Source of the DNA: an uncultured Eubacteriales bacterium
GTDB lineage: Bacteria > Bacillota > Sulfobacillia > Fermentithermobacillales > Fermentithermobacillaceae
NCBI GenBank assembly: GCA_964646385.1
Contig: CAZYEC010000003.1
Coordinates: 6,350-70,349, forward strand
Length of the DNA: 64,000 bases
Reading direction: 5' to 3'
The notes beneath the pieces were generated by a model that saw nothing but the letters and a program-made list of their open reading frames with translations, was not told the DNA's origin and did not search any database. Numbering within the stretch: position 1 is the stretch's first letter; each line of letters begins with the position of its first letter. Both the position numbers and the translations under genes were made by a program. Below, in pieces: positions 1 through 9,152 of this stretch.

Positions 1-9
1 TACCGCTCT

Positions 10-1599
10 TTGACCAGGGATACTCCCGGGCTTTCTTTGTCGGGGTTGTCCCCGGCACGCACCGAGCCTGTTGGCCCCGTGCCGTCTTTTCACCAGGCGG
101 CCGTGGCGGCTCCTGCAATACCGAGACCTGCCCCTGTTCGGACCGATAGTCGTCCTGAACATTCTGTTTCCGGGCGTTACACGAGGCAAGGGGCAGATCA
201 AGTCTCAAGGGAGCCCGGCTTGCCGGAGCGAGGATCCGCCGGCGCAGGGGAGCGGGAATCCGCAAACCGCACCGGTTACGGGGCCGGGGACTACCAGTAC
301 GGCCAAAGGCGTTCCGCCAGGACCAGACCGGAACCCGGGCCCACCATAAAGGAACTGGAAGTCATGACCTTGGTGGAACTGCAAAAAGTGGCTCGAGAAC
401 TGGGCATAGCGGGGTATTCAGGACTGCGCAAAAAAGAGCTCGTGTTTGAGGTGTTAAAAGCGCGCACTCAAGCCGGGGGACTGATATTTGCCGAAGGGCT
501 TTTGGAGATTTTGCAGGAAGGGTACGGTTTTCTAAGACCTGCTTTCTACTTTCCCAGCAAAGATGACATCTACATCTCTCCTTCCCAGATTCGAAAGTTC
601 GACCTTCGCACCGGGGACTTGGTGTCCGGGCAAGTTCGTCCTCCCAAGGACAGCGAAAGGTACTACGGGCTCTTGAGGATCGAAGCCATCAACGGCCAGG
701 ATCCTGAAGCCGTGCGCGACCGTCCCAACTTTGAAGGGTTGACTCCCATCTTCCCCGATGAAAGATTTGTGATGGAAACGACCAGGAACGAGCTTTCCGG
801 CAGGCTTCTGGACCTGGTGGCACCTTTAGGAAAAGGGCAGCGCGCCCTCATAGTGTCGCCGCCCAAAGCGGGAAAGACGGTGCTTTTGAAGCGCATCGCC
901 AACGCCATTACCCATAACAATCAGGACACCTACCTAATGGTGCTGCTAATCGACGAACGTCCCGAGGAAGTGACCGACATGCAGCGCTCTGTAAAGGGCG
1001 AAGTCATAGCCTCAACTTTCGACGAGCCGCCGGAAAACCATGCCCGAGTCACCGAGATGGCCTTGGAGAGGGCCAAACGCTTGGTGGAAAACAAACGCGA
1101 TGTGGTCATTCTTTTGGACAGCATTACCAGGATGACCAGGGCCTACAACCTCATCGAACCGTCTTCGGGCAGGACTCTGTCAGGGGGCATGGATCCAGCG
1201 GCGTTCCACAAGCCAAAACGGTTTTTTGGGGCTGCCAGAAACATTGAGGAAGGCGGCAGTCTGACGATAGTGGCCACCAGTCTGGTTGATACCGGTAGCC
1301 GAATGGATGACGTTATTTACGAGGAGTTCAAAGGCACAGGCAACTCTGAAATCCATTTGGACAGGAAACTTGCGGAAAAAAGAATCTTTCCCGCAATCGA
1401 TATCAAGCGCTCGGGCACCAGAAAAGAAGAGCTGCTGCAACCCAAAGAAGAACTGGAAGCCATGTGGCTGTTCCACAAAATGACCAACGATTTGGACCTG
1501 GACAAAGTGTTGGAGGGCCTGATGGGCGCGCTTAGTCAGACTAAAAGCAACAAAGAGGCTTTGCCCCTCCTTAAAAGACGGTTGTCTTTGATGAGGTAG
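10..1599 (+). CDS. rho: Transcription termination factor Rho. The conserved core starts near the ATG at 364 ([14 protein letters not shown]...). Codons 10-363 encode an R/G/P/E-rich low-complexity extension that may or may not be translated. The frame stays open to the window edge.
   Basis: Rho N-terminal helix bundle, OB-fold/RNA-binding region, P-loop (SPPKAGKT) and C-terminal ATPase are all recognisable. Rho lies upstream of rpmE as in Bacillus. Confidence 0.9.
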   Translation: MTRDTPGLSLSGLSPARTEPVGPVPSFHQAAVAAPAIPRPAPVRTDSRPEHSVSGRYTRQGADQVSREPGLPERGSAGAGERESANRTGYGAGDYQYGQRRSARTRPEPGPTIKELEVMTLVELQKVARELGIAGYSGLRKKELVFEVLKARTQAGGLIFAEGLLEILQEGYGFLRPAFYFPSKDDIYISPSQIRKFDLRTGDLVSGQVRPPKDSERYYGLLRIEAINGQDPEAVRDRPNFEGLTPIFPDERFVMETTRNELSGRLLDLVAPLGKGQRALIVSPPKAGKTVLLKRIANAITHNNQDTYLMVLLIDERPEEVTDMQRSVKGEVIASTFDEPPENHARVTEMALERAKRLVENKRDVVILLDSITRMTRAYNLIEPSSGRTLSGGMDPAAFHKPKRFFGAARNIEEGGSLTIVATSLVDTGSRMDDVIYEEFKGTGNSEIHLDRKLAEKRIFPAIDIKRSGTRKEELLQPKEELEAMWLFHKMTNDLDLDKVLEGLMGALSQTKSNKEALPLLKRRLSLMR

Positions 1600-1670
1600 G
1601 GTGCTATACTCTTTGGTGTTTCGAGAGAGATCCGCTTCAGACAGGATTAGTTTTCGGTTTTAGATTTGGG

Positions 1671-1913
1671 GTGATGCAGTTGAAAGAAAACATTCATCCG
1701 GACTACCACAAGACCACTGTTTCGTGCGCTTGCGGTGCCGTTTACCATGTGGGTTCCACCAGGAAAGGCATAAGGGTTGAAATCTGCTCCAAATGCCACC
1801 CGTTTTTTACAGGGGTGCAAAAGATAGTCGATACGGGCGGTCGAGTGGAAAGGTTCCGTCAAAAGTACGGTTATCTGCAAGGAGAGAAGCCTGAAAAAGA
1901 ACCCGAAAAATAG
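1671..1913 (+). CDS. rpmE: 50S ribosomal protein L31
   Basis: [21 protein letters not shown]...[13 protein letters not shown] with the L31 CxxC...C signature; 80 aa. Confidence 0.95.
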   Translation: MMQLKENIHPDYHKTTVSCACGAVYHVGSTRKGIRVEICSKCHPFFTGVQKIVDTGGRVERFRQKYGYLQGEKPEKEPEK

Positions 1914-1924
1914 CTTTGCAGCTT

Positions 1925-1978
1925 CAAGGGCAGGAGTTCCGCCGGGGCGCGATTTCTGCCCTTTTGCTTTGCTTGCGC
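1925..1978 (+). terminator. Probable rho-independent terminator after rpmE (GGGCAG...CTGCCC stem followed by TTTTGCTTTG)
   Basis: GC-rich inverted repeat followed by a T-rich tract directly downstream of the rpmE stop. Coordinates approximate. Confidence 0.45.
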
Positions 1979-1992
1979 TGTAGTAGAATGTT

Positions 1993-2946
1993 TTGGGGGG
2001 CAAATTCGTGGAGCGTAAGGTTCCTGCCTACGGCGGTCAAGCCGTAATAGAAGGCGTAGTCATGCGAGGGCCCAGGTACGTGGCGCTTTCGGTGCGAAGT
2101 CCGTCGGGAAACATAATCTCGTCGGTGAAAAGGGTCCCGACCCCCGGCCAAAATGGCGGTCTGCCCAAACTACCCGTCATCCGGGGCGCCCTTGCTTTTT
2201 GGGACACCTTGTCTTTAGGAATGGAAATGCTCATGAAGTCGGCTGAAATCGCTTCCCCGGAAGAGGACATGCCCAGCAAGGCGGCGCTCAATTTGTCGGT
2301 GATTCTTGCCGCTCTGATTGCAGTGGGGGCCTTTGTTCTGTTACCTACTTTCGCGGCCGCATGGCTGCTTAGAGTTGCCGGGATATCGGGGAGGGCCGTT
2401 ACCGGCTTCGTCGAGCTTCTGGTGAGGCTATTGCTGTTGGCGGGCTACATTTTCTCGGTTTCCCGGATGGAAGAAATCCAGCGGGTGCTGTCGTATCACG
2501 GTGCGGAGCACAAAGTGATATGGGCGTGGGAAGAACAATACAGGGCGATGAATCTGGACGCGGGTTCTTGGGAACATGACAAAGCCGCAGGAATTCTTGC
2601 CCTTGCGGCAGCGGAGAAACCCAGGCTTCACCCCAGGTGCGGCACAAGTTTTCTGTTTTTGGCAGTTTTGTGCTCTTGGGCGGTGTTCCTCTTTGTTTCA
2701 CCCGGGGGCGTTTTGTACAGGATGGTGGCTCGGATATTGCTACTTCCCGTTGTGGCTGGGCTGTCCTATGAGATTTTGAAAATGTCGGCCGGTCGCCGGG
2801 GCTGGTTATGGAAAGTGCTCAGAGCGCCGGGAATGGCTCTTCAGATTCTCACAACCAGAGATCCTGAAATGGATCAGTTGGAAGTGGCCGCCGAGAGTTT
2901 GGCATGCCTTATCGAGGCCGAAAGGGGTGACGAGAAATCACTGTGA
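1993..2946 (+). CDS. DUF1385 (YqhQ-like) membrane-associated protein
   Basis: N-terminal YGGQAVIEGVVMRGP motif typical of DUF1385. C-terminal half is hydrophobic. Lies immediately upstream of prfA as in many Clostridia. Confidence 0.75.
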   Translation: MGGKFVERKVPAYGGQAVIEGVVMRGPRYVALSVRSPSGNIISSVKRVPTPGQNGGLPKLPVIRGALAFWDTLSLGMEMLMKSAEIASPEEDMPSKAALNLSVILAALIAVGAFVLLPTFAAAWLLRVAGISGRAVTGFVELLVRLLLLAGYIFSVSRMEEIQRVLSYHGAEHKVIWAWEEQYRAMNLDAGSWEHDKAAGILALAAAEKPRLHPRCGTSFLFLAVLCSWAVFLFVSPGGVLYRMVARILLLPVVAGLSYEILKMSAGRRGWLWKVLRAPGMALQILTTRDPEMDQLEVAAESLACLIEAERGDEKSL

Positions 2947-4037
2947 TTCACGATGCCGGCAGCTTCATGGCAAAGTGTTCCGCTTTGGAAAGCCGTTTTG
3001 AAGAGATAGACGCCGCCCTTCAGGACCCTTCGGTATTTTCGGATATTGAAAAATACCGGGGGCTTGCCAAGGAAAGGGGCCGGCTCGACGGGGTTGTTAC
3101 GATGTTCAGGCGGTACAAAACGGTCCTCAACCACATCCAAGGCAACCGGGAGATCCTGGAAGGCGATACAGATGAAGAGCTGTTGGCCCTTGCCCGGGAC
3201 GAATTGGCCCCTTTGGAGAGAGAAAGAGAGGGGCTGGAATTCGCTTTGAAAAAAGCCCTAATACCCAGGGATCCCAACGATGGCAAGAATGCCATCCTGG
3301 AGATCAGGGCCGGGACCGGGGGCAGCGAAGCCGCTTTGTTTGCCGGGGAGCTGTTCAGAATGTACGGTAGGTTTGCTGAAGAGCGCGGATGGAAAACGGA
3401 AATTCTGTCCTCGAACCCTACGGATTTGGGCGGTTTCAAGGAGGTAATATTTGCCCTGGAAGGCGATGCGGTGTACGGCCGGCTCAAATATGAGGGCGGA
3501 GTGCACAGGGTACAACGTATCCCGCTCACGGAATCCGGGGGCAGAATTCACACTTCCACGGCAACCGTAGCAGTATTGCCCGAAACCGGTGAAGATGCGG
3601 AAGACCTTGCCATAGAGGCCGACGATCTGAGGGTAGACACCTATTGCTCTTCGGGTCGGGGCGGGCAAGGGGTCAATACGACCTATTCAGCCGTCCGCAT
3701 CACTCATTTGCCCACGGGAATAGTAGTTACGTGCCAGGACGAAAGGTCTCAGATTCAAAATAAGGACCGGGCCATGCGGATTTTACGGTCTCGCCTGCAA
3801 GCTATTGCCGAGGAAGAAAAGAACAAGGCCCTCAGCGACACGAGGCGCTCCCAGGTGGGAACCGGCGAGCGGTCGGAAAAAATAAGAACTTATAACTTCC
3901 CACAAAATAGGGTTACCGATCACAGGATAGGGCTCACTTCCCACAGGTTGGCCGAGGTTTTGGACGGCTCTCTTGACGAGATAATTGATGCGCTTTTGGC
4001 AGAAGACGAAAGGTTGAAACTGCAAGAGGCGGAATGA
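2943..4037 (+). CDS. prfA: Peptide chain release factor 1. Track start is the GTG at 2943; an alternative ATG at 2967 gives MAKCSALESRFEE.
   Basis: GGQ motif (SGRGGQGVNTT) and RITHLPTGIVV...QDERSQ segment; prmC is directly downstream. Confidence 0.95.
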   Translation: MIHDAGSFMAKCSALESRFEEIDAALQDPSVFSDIEKYRGLAKERGRLDGVVTMFRRYKTVLNHIQGNREILEGDTDEELLALARDELAPLEREREGLEFALKKALIPRDPNDGKNAILEIRAGTGGSEAALFAGELFRMYGRFAEERGWKTEILSSNPTDLGGFKEVIFALEGDAVYGRLKYEGGVHRVQRIPLTESGGRIHTSTATVAVLPETGEDAEDLAIEADDLRVDTYCSSGRGGQGVNTTYSAVRITHLPTGIVVTCQDERSQIQNKDRAMRILRSRLQAIAEEEKNKALSDTRRSQVGTGERSEKIRTYNFPQNRVTDHRIGLTSHRLAEVLDGSLDEIIDALLAEDERLKLQEAE

Positions 4038-4041
4038 GGGA

Positions 4042-4956
4042 ATGGGCCTGGAGGAAAAAACGGAAGTGACCTTGATGGCCGCCGCGGCTTGGGCTCGAAA
4101 AATGTTGCGGGGGCAGAGCCAATTTCCTGCAAGAGATGCATCAGTACTTTTGGCTCACCTTTTAAAAGAGCCCCCCGAATACTCATATCTGCACCCGGGC
4201 CGCATCTTGACGGCACCACAAGTACAAGAGTACAAATCCTTTGTCAAAAGGCGCATTTCGGGGGAACCGGTGGCTTACATCAGGGGTTATCAAGAATTCA
4301 TGGCCATGGATTTCATAGTAGACCACCGGGTGCTCATACCGCGTCCGGAAACAGAACATTTGGTTGAGGCAATCCTTGGGTGTTTGGGGACACTCGATTT
4401 TGCCAAGGGCACTGCCCTTGCACCCTTGGTAGCAGATGTGGGGTGCGGTTCCGGCGCAGTGGGAATTTCCCTGGCTAAACTGGGCGGATACCAGGTGTTA
4501 CTTACCGATATCTCACAAGATGCGCTGTCCGTTTCCCGTCTGAACGCCGAAAAACACGGCGTGACTGATAGGATCCGGTTTTTTGCAGGCGATTTGCTTG
4601 ATCCCCTTTTGGAGGGGGGATTCTCTGGACTGCTTGATGCGGTGGTATCCAACCCTCCCTATATACCCACCGGGAACATAAAATATCTGCCGAGAGAAGT
4701 GAGGTTTGAGCCGCCCGGGGCTCTGGACGGGGGATCTTGTGGGTTACATTATTTGAGCAGATTGGCACGACAAGCGGGGGCTCTTTTGAAACCCGGGGGC
4801 AGGCTCATGATGGAAATCGAAGCCGGCCAGGGGGATGCCGTGAAGTCGCTTTTGGATAGTTCTGGGTGGCGCGGCGCGAGAATCATGCCCGACTATGCCG
4901 GCAGGGATAGGATAGCCCTGGCATTCAAGGGAGGACCTAAATGGCAACCAAAGTAG
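4042..4956 (+). CDS. prmC: Release factor glutamine N5-methyltransferase PrmC/HemK
   Basis: SAM-binding VADVGCGSGAVG and catalytic NPPY motif. Sits downstream of prfA. Confidence 0.9.
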   Translation: MGLEEKTEVTLMAAAAWARKMLRGQSQFPARDASVLLAHLLKEPPEYSYLHPGRILTAPQVQEYKSFVKRRISGEPVAYIRGYQEFMAMDFIVDHRVLIPRPETEHLVEAILGCLGTLDFAKGTALAPLVADVGCGSGAVGISLAKLGGYQVLLTDISQDALSVSRLNAEKHGVTDRIRFFAGDLLDPLLEGGFSGLLDAVVSNPPYIPTGNIKYLPREVRFEPPGALDGGSCGLHYLSRLARQAGALLKPGGRLMMEIEAGQGDAVKSLLDSSGWRGARIMPDYAGRDRIALAFKGGPKWQPK

Positions 4957-6479
4957 TGAAAGTGGATCCCCTCATGCCCTCCGATGATCTGCTCATCCCT
5001 TGCGCTGAGGCCCTTCGGTGCGGGGGCCTGGTAGCATTCCCCACAGAGACTGTCTATGGACTGGGGGCAAACGCTTTTGACCGGGAGGCTGTGAGGGGGA
5101 TTTTCAGGGTAAAAGGGCGTCCGCAGGATAACCCCTTGATTCTTCATGTTTCCAGGACAGAATCTGTGCCCCCCTTGGTGTCAAGCATATCCCCAGTTGC
5201 CACAAAGCTCATGCACACTTTTTGGCCGGGCCCTTTGACGCTCTTGTTTCCCAAATCCGAACTTGTCCCTTTTGAAATAACGGCAGGTCTTTCAAGTGTA
5301 GGTATAAGGATGCCCGATCACCCGGTGGCCCAAAGGCTGATAGATCTTGCGGGGGTTCCCGTGGCAGCCCCTTCCGCAAACGTTTCAGGACGCCCGAGCC
5401 CCACTTCTTTGGAACAAGTTCTGGCGGACTTAGACGGTAAGGTGGACTTCATCGTCGACGGCGGGGCCTCAGGTATCGGTGTCGAGTCCACCGTGCTGGA
5501 CATCCTGGGTCCTGTGCCCAAAATTCTCAGGCCCGGTGGGCTCACGGCGGACGAACTCAGGGAAGTCCTGGGGGAAGTTCAAATTGCCGCCTGTGGGGAT
5601 CCCGGGCCCGCCCCGTCCCCGGGCATGAAGTACAGGCATTATGCGCTCGACGCACGCCTTTATCTGGCCTCGGGCCCGTGGGAAAAACAGGCGGAAGCCA
5701 TCTGTTTTGCGTCGTTGAAAAAGGTCATTGGGGGTACTGCAGTTGGGGTCATGGCATCCACCGAAAATTTGCCCAAGTATGGCGGTCTGGCCAGGGAGTT
5801 TTCCGGACTGTTTCACGTGATACATTTGGGATCCAGAACTGACTTGGCTCCTGTGGCCTCCAGGCTTTTTTCCGGGTTGCGTTATGCCGACGAACTCGGT
5901 GTCTCCGTCCTTTACGCCGAGTCATTTCCAGAAGTGGGATTGGGCCTTGCGGTTCAAAACCGCTTGCGGAGGGCCAGCGGCGGAAGGGTTTTGGCTGTCC
6001 AAAAACCATTGCGCCTGCTGGTGGTCTGTACAGGGAACACGTGTCGCAGCGCGATGGCCGAGGGGTTCCTGAAGAAAGCTGCCCAGATTCTGGGGTTAGA
6101 GGGGTGTTTGCAGGTCGCCTCCCGGGGAGCATCTGCGGTTGACGGCTTCCCGGCAACTGAAGAAGCAGTTCGGGCCGCCAAAGCTGCCGGTGTGGACTTG
6201 GGGAGTCACCTGTCTGCTCGGGTCACCGCAAAAGACCTGGTTTGGGCTGATTTGGTCGTGACCATGGAGTTTCACCATAAAGAAGGCCTGGTCCGCAGCT
6301 TTCCCGCCCATTCCAAAAAGATATATACTTTGTCCGAGGTATCTCCCGAGGTAGTCACAGGTGACGTGGACGACCCTTTTGGCGGGGGACAGGAAGCATA
6401 CGACAAAGCAGCTTGTCTTCTTTGGAGAGGGCTCATGGCTCTTGCCGTTCGTCTTGGAAAGCTTTGGGGGGGAATCTGA
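4941..6479 (+). CDS. Fusion protein: L-threonylcarbamoyladenylate synthase (Sua5/TsaC, YrdC domain plus Sua5 C-terminal domain) joined to a C-terminal low-molecular-weight protein phosphatase (YwlE-like)
   Basis: N-terminal YrdC signature (FPTETVYGLGANAFD...KGRPQDNPLILHV). The C-terminal roughly 150 aa carry the CX5R P-loop (VVCTGNTCRSAMAEG) and a DP general-acid motif (DVDDPFGG) of LMW-PTPs. Overlaps the prmC end by 16 nt. Confidence 0.85.
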   Translation: MATKVVKVDPLMPSDDLLIPCAEALRCGGLVAFPTETVYGLGANAFDREAVRGIFRVKGRPQDNPLILHVSRTESVPPLVSSISPVATKLMHTFWPGPLTLLFPKSELVPFEITAGLSSVGIRMPDHPVAQRLIDLAGVPVAAPSANVSGRPSPTSLEQVLADLDGKVDFIVDGGASGIGVESTVLDILGPVPKILRPGGLTADELREVLGEVQIAACGDPGPAPSPGMKYRHYALDARLYLASGPWEKQAEAICFASLKKVIGGTAVGVMASTENLPKYGGLAREFSGLFHVIHLGSRTDLAPVASRLFSGLRYADELGVSVLYAESFPEVGLGLAVQNRLRRASGGRVLAVQKPLRLLVVCTGNTCRSAMAEGFLKKAAQILGLEGCLQVASRGASAVDGFPATEEAVRAAKAAGVDLGSHLSARVTAKDLVWADLVVTMEFHHKEGLVRSFPAHSKKIYTLSEVSPEVVTGDVDDPFGGGQEAYDKAACLLWRGLMALAVRLGKLWGGI

Positions 6480-6955
6480 TGAGGATTGCTGTGGGAAGCG
6501 ATCACGCGGGCTTCTGTCTCAAAGAGCAGATGCGCCCTTGGCTTGCCACCCTGGGTCACCGGGTGATCGATCTGGGCGCTTCCGGGGAAGAGCCGGTGGA
6601 CTATCCTGATTATGCGGTTGAGGTATGTGGCCGCGTGGTGTCCGGGGAAGCTGACGTTGGCTTGCTGATATGCGGTACGGGATTGGGGATGTGCATTGTC
6701 GCCAACAAAGTGCCTGGCATCCGGGCAATTGCGTGTGCCGACACTTTTTCAGCCAGGATGGGCCGCGGACACAACCATGCAAACGTGCTTTGCATCGGCG
6801 CAAGAGTTCTCGGCTGCGGACTGGCTCAAGATGTAGTGTCGGCCTTTCTTGAAGAATCTTTTGCCGGCGGCCGGCACAGGCCAAGGGTTGACAAAATTCG
6901 CGATGTGGAGTCGCATTTTGCAGAAAACTCATTTAGCGGGGGGCATGAAGGATGA
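6479..6955 (+). CDS. rpiB: Ribose-5-phosphate isomerase B
   Basis: MRIAVGSDHAGFCLKE...LICGTGLGMCIVANK...RAIACADTFSA are RpiB/LacAB signatures. Its start overlaps the stop of the upstream fusion gene, which suggests translational coupling. The track ORF starts at 6413; the likely true start is the ATG at 6479. Confidence 0.9.
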   Translation: MRIAVGSDHAGFCLKEQMRPWLATLGHRVIDLGASGEEPVDYPDYAVEVCGRVVSGEADVGLLICGTGLGMCIVANKVPGIRAIACADTFSARMGRGHNHANVLCIGARVLGCGLAQDVVSAFLEESFAGGRHRPRVDKIRDVESHFAENSFSGGHEG

Positions 6956-7533
6956 CCGGGACCGTCGATCTGGCCGCCATAAGAGCAAGAGTGGCAGCCG
7001 GTGGGCAAGGACTTCTCCAGGTGGCGCGGCTAAAGCCGGGCAAGATCCTGGTTTTGGGGTGTTCAACCAGCGAAGTCCTGGGCAGCCGGATAGGGTCCGG
7101 GGGTAACTGTGACGTGGCAGTCGCGGTTCTGGACGGTCTGGAGGATGCCATGCAGGGTACCGGCCTGTACCTGGCGGTTCAGTGCTGCGAACACTTGAAT
7201 AGGTGTCTTGCGGTGGAACGGGAGGTTTGTGAGAAATACAACCTTACGGAAGTGTCGGTACTGCCTGTGCCCCGGGCGGGAGGGGCGGCTGCTGCAGCGA
7301 TGTTCAGAAGGATGGCTGACCCCGTAGTCGTCGAGTCAGTACAAGCCCACGCTGGAATGGATATCGGCGATACGTTTATCGGAATGCATCTTTTGCCGGT
7401 GGCTGTCCCCGTGCGTTTGCCTTTTGACTCGGTGGGTCAGGCCCATTTGACTTTGGCCCGAAGCAGGCCCAGGTTGATCGGAGGCAAACGAGCTACTTAC
7501 GCCCACGATGAGTTGGACAAACGAGGAAACTAA
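6952..7533 (+). CDS. TIGR01440/DUF436 family protein (YwlG-like)
   Basis: Conserved uncharacterised family that follows rpiB in the B. subtilis ywl operon. Cys-rich motifs are present (LGCSTSEV, QCCEHLNRC). Confidence 0.7.
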   Translation: MTGTVDLAAIRARVAAGGQGLLQVARLKPGKILVLGCSTSEVLGSRIGSGGNCDVAVAVLDGLEDAMQGTGLYLAVQCCEHLNRCLAVEREVCEKYNLTEVSVLPVPRAGGAAAAAMFRRMADPVVVESVQAHAGMDIGDTFIGMHLLPVAVPVRLPFDSVGQAHLTLARSRPRLIGGKRATYAHDELDKRGN

Positions 7534-7557
7534 AACCGGGGCAGGGGAGTCTAAGAA

Positions 7558-8013
7558 ATGGGCGCACAAACGAGGCCCGACTGGGACGAGTATTTCATGC
7601 ACGTCGCGGAGGTTGTGGCTACGCGCTCTACTTGCGTGAGGCGCAACATCGGAGCGGTTATAGTGAAAGACAAAAGAATCTTGGCTACGGGCTACAACGG
7701 GGCTCCCACAGGGCTGCCGCACTGCACAGACATTGGTTGTCTGAAAGATGAGATGGGAATTCCTTCGGGGGAAAGGCAGGAGGTGTGCAGAGCCCTTCAC
7801 GCCGAACAAAACGCCATAGTCCAAGCTGCCAAGTACGGCATTTCAGTGGAAGGGTCCACCTTGTACTGCACAACTGAACCTTGCAGTCTGTGCGCAAAAA
7901 TGCTGATCAACGCCGGCATAAGAAGGGTCGTTTACCGGGAACCGTACTCAGATGCTTTTTCGAAAACCCTGTTGGATGGCGCCGGTGTCGAGGTCATGTT
8001 GTTTTCCCGGTGA
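7558..8013 (+). CDS. comEB: dCMP/cytidine deaminase (ComEB-type deoxycytidylate deaminase)
   Basis: Zinc-binding HAEQNAI and [15 protein letters not shown] motifs; 151 aa. Confidence 0.85.
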   Translation: MGAQTRPDWDEYFMHVAEVVATRSTCVRRNIGAVIVKDKRILATGYNGAPTGLPHCTDIGCLKDEMGIPSGERQEVCRALHAEQNAIVQAAKYGISVEGSTLYCTTEPCSLCAKMLINAGIRRVVYREPYSDAFSKTLLDGAGVEVMLFSR

Positions 8014-8021
8014 CCATTTTC

Positions 8022-8051
8022 GTTGACTCTTGGGACATGCCGGGGTAAAAT
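8022..8051 (+). promoter_or_regulatory. Sigma-A-like promoter (TTGACT, about 17 nt spacer, TAAAAT) upstream of tagO
   Basis: Near-consensus -35 and -10 hexamers with canonical spacing in the 65-nt intergenic gap. Coordinates approximate. Confidence 0.4.
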
Positions 8052-8078
8052 ATATGGAAAACTCCGTACAAATGGGGA

Positions 8079-9152
8079 TTGTCCCAGAAAGGGGCAGACC
8101 AGTTGGAGACGGTTTACGCGTTTGTAGTCGCATTTGGCTTATCTCTTGTTCTGACTCCCGCCATGCGCCGGTTCGCCCGGAAGGTTAACGCTTTCTGTCG
8201 GCCCAACTCCCGGAGCGTGCATGCCACACCTGTTCCTTACTTGGGCGGTATCGCCATTTACGTGGCTTCGGCTGCAGGGATGCTCATTTCCCCCAAGCAA
8301 GACAAAGGCGGGCTCTGTGCAGTTCTTGTGGGTGGGCTGGTTATCCTGGCTGTGGGCCTGGTAGATGATCTGTGGAATCTCAAGCCGTGGCAGAAGGTCG
8401 GGGGCCAGGTTTTGTCGGCTATTGTTGTGGTCTTTTTTGGGGCCGGTATATCCTTCGTGACAAACCCCTTTACAGGCACTGTTAAATTGCTGGGAATGGC
8501 GGCGATACCCATAACCATCGCTTGGGTTGTCTCTTTTGAAAACCTCATCAACCTGTCCGATGGGTTGGACGGCCTGGCGGCGGGGGTCGGGGGAATCACT
8601 GCCCTTGTTATGACGTTCGCCTCATTGAGGGCCGGCAGAACTGCCGTCAGCCCTTTAGCTGCCGCCTTGGCAGGAAGCGTGCTGGGATTTCTGCCGTTTA
8701 ATTTTCACCCTGCCTCCATTTTCATGGGGGATGCCGGCGCTATGTACATAGGGCTGAGTTTGGCTGTTCTGTCCGGCCAAGGGCTTGTGAAATCCGCAGT
8801 AGCCTTGTCCGTTTTCGCGCCTTTGCTGACCTTGTTGGTGCCCATATCCGATGCGCTTTTCGCCATAGTGAGAAGGTGTCTTGCCAGCAAACCCATTGCC
8901 AAAGCAGATCACGACCACCTTCACCACAGGTTATTGGAACTGGGCATGGGGCAAAAGCAGGCAGTGTTGTCGATCTATTTGGTGAGTTTGGCTTTTGGCG
9001 CCCTAGGAATGATCTCCGGTTTTTCCCCGGTTGCCCGGGGAGGGCCTATCGCGGGCATAGCGCTTCTGGTGGTGTTGGGAATAGCCCAGAGGGTCGGACT
9101 TTTTACGGTCTCGATCAAAAAAGATGACAAAGGGCAAGCGCACCGGGGATAA
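8079..9152 (+). CDS. tagO: UDP-GlcNAc:undecaprenyl-phosphate GlcNAc-1-phosphate transferase (TagO/WecA, glycosyltransferase family 4)
   Basis: Polytopic membrane protein with the MraY/WecA family layout and a DDxxN-like LVDDLWNL motif. TTG start in the track; the true start is uncertain. Confidence 0.85.
   Translation: MSQKGADQLETVYAFVVAFGLSLVLTPAMRRFARKVNAFCRPNSRSVHATPVPYLGGIAIYVASAAGMLISPKQDKGGLCAVLVGGLVILAVGLVDDLWNLKPWQKVGGQVLSAIVVVFFGAGISFVTNPFTGTVKLLGMAAIPITIAWVVSFENLINLSDGLDGLAAGVGGITALVMTFASLRAGRTAVSPLAAALAGSVLGFLPFNFHPASIFMGDAGAMYIGLSLAVLSGQGLVKSAVALSVFAPLLTLLVPISDALFAIVRRCLASKPIAKADHDHLHHRLLELGMGQKQAVLSIYLVSLAFGALGMISGFSPVARGGPIAGIALLVVLGIAQRVGLFTVSIKKDDKGQAHRG

Noticed and set aside
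71-349. 92-aa ORF in an alternative frame over the rho 5' region
   Set aside because: Pro/Gly/Arg-rich translation of a GC-rich stretch that overlaps the in-frame Rho extension. It is most likely a high-GC frame artefact.
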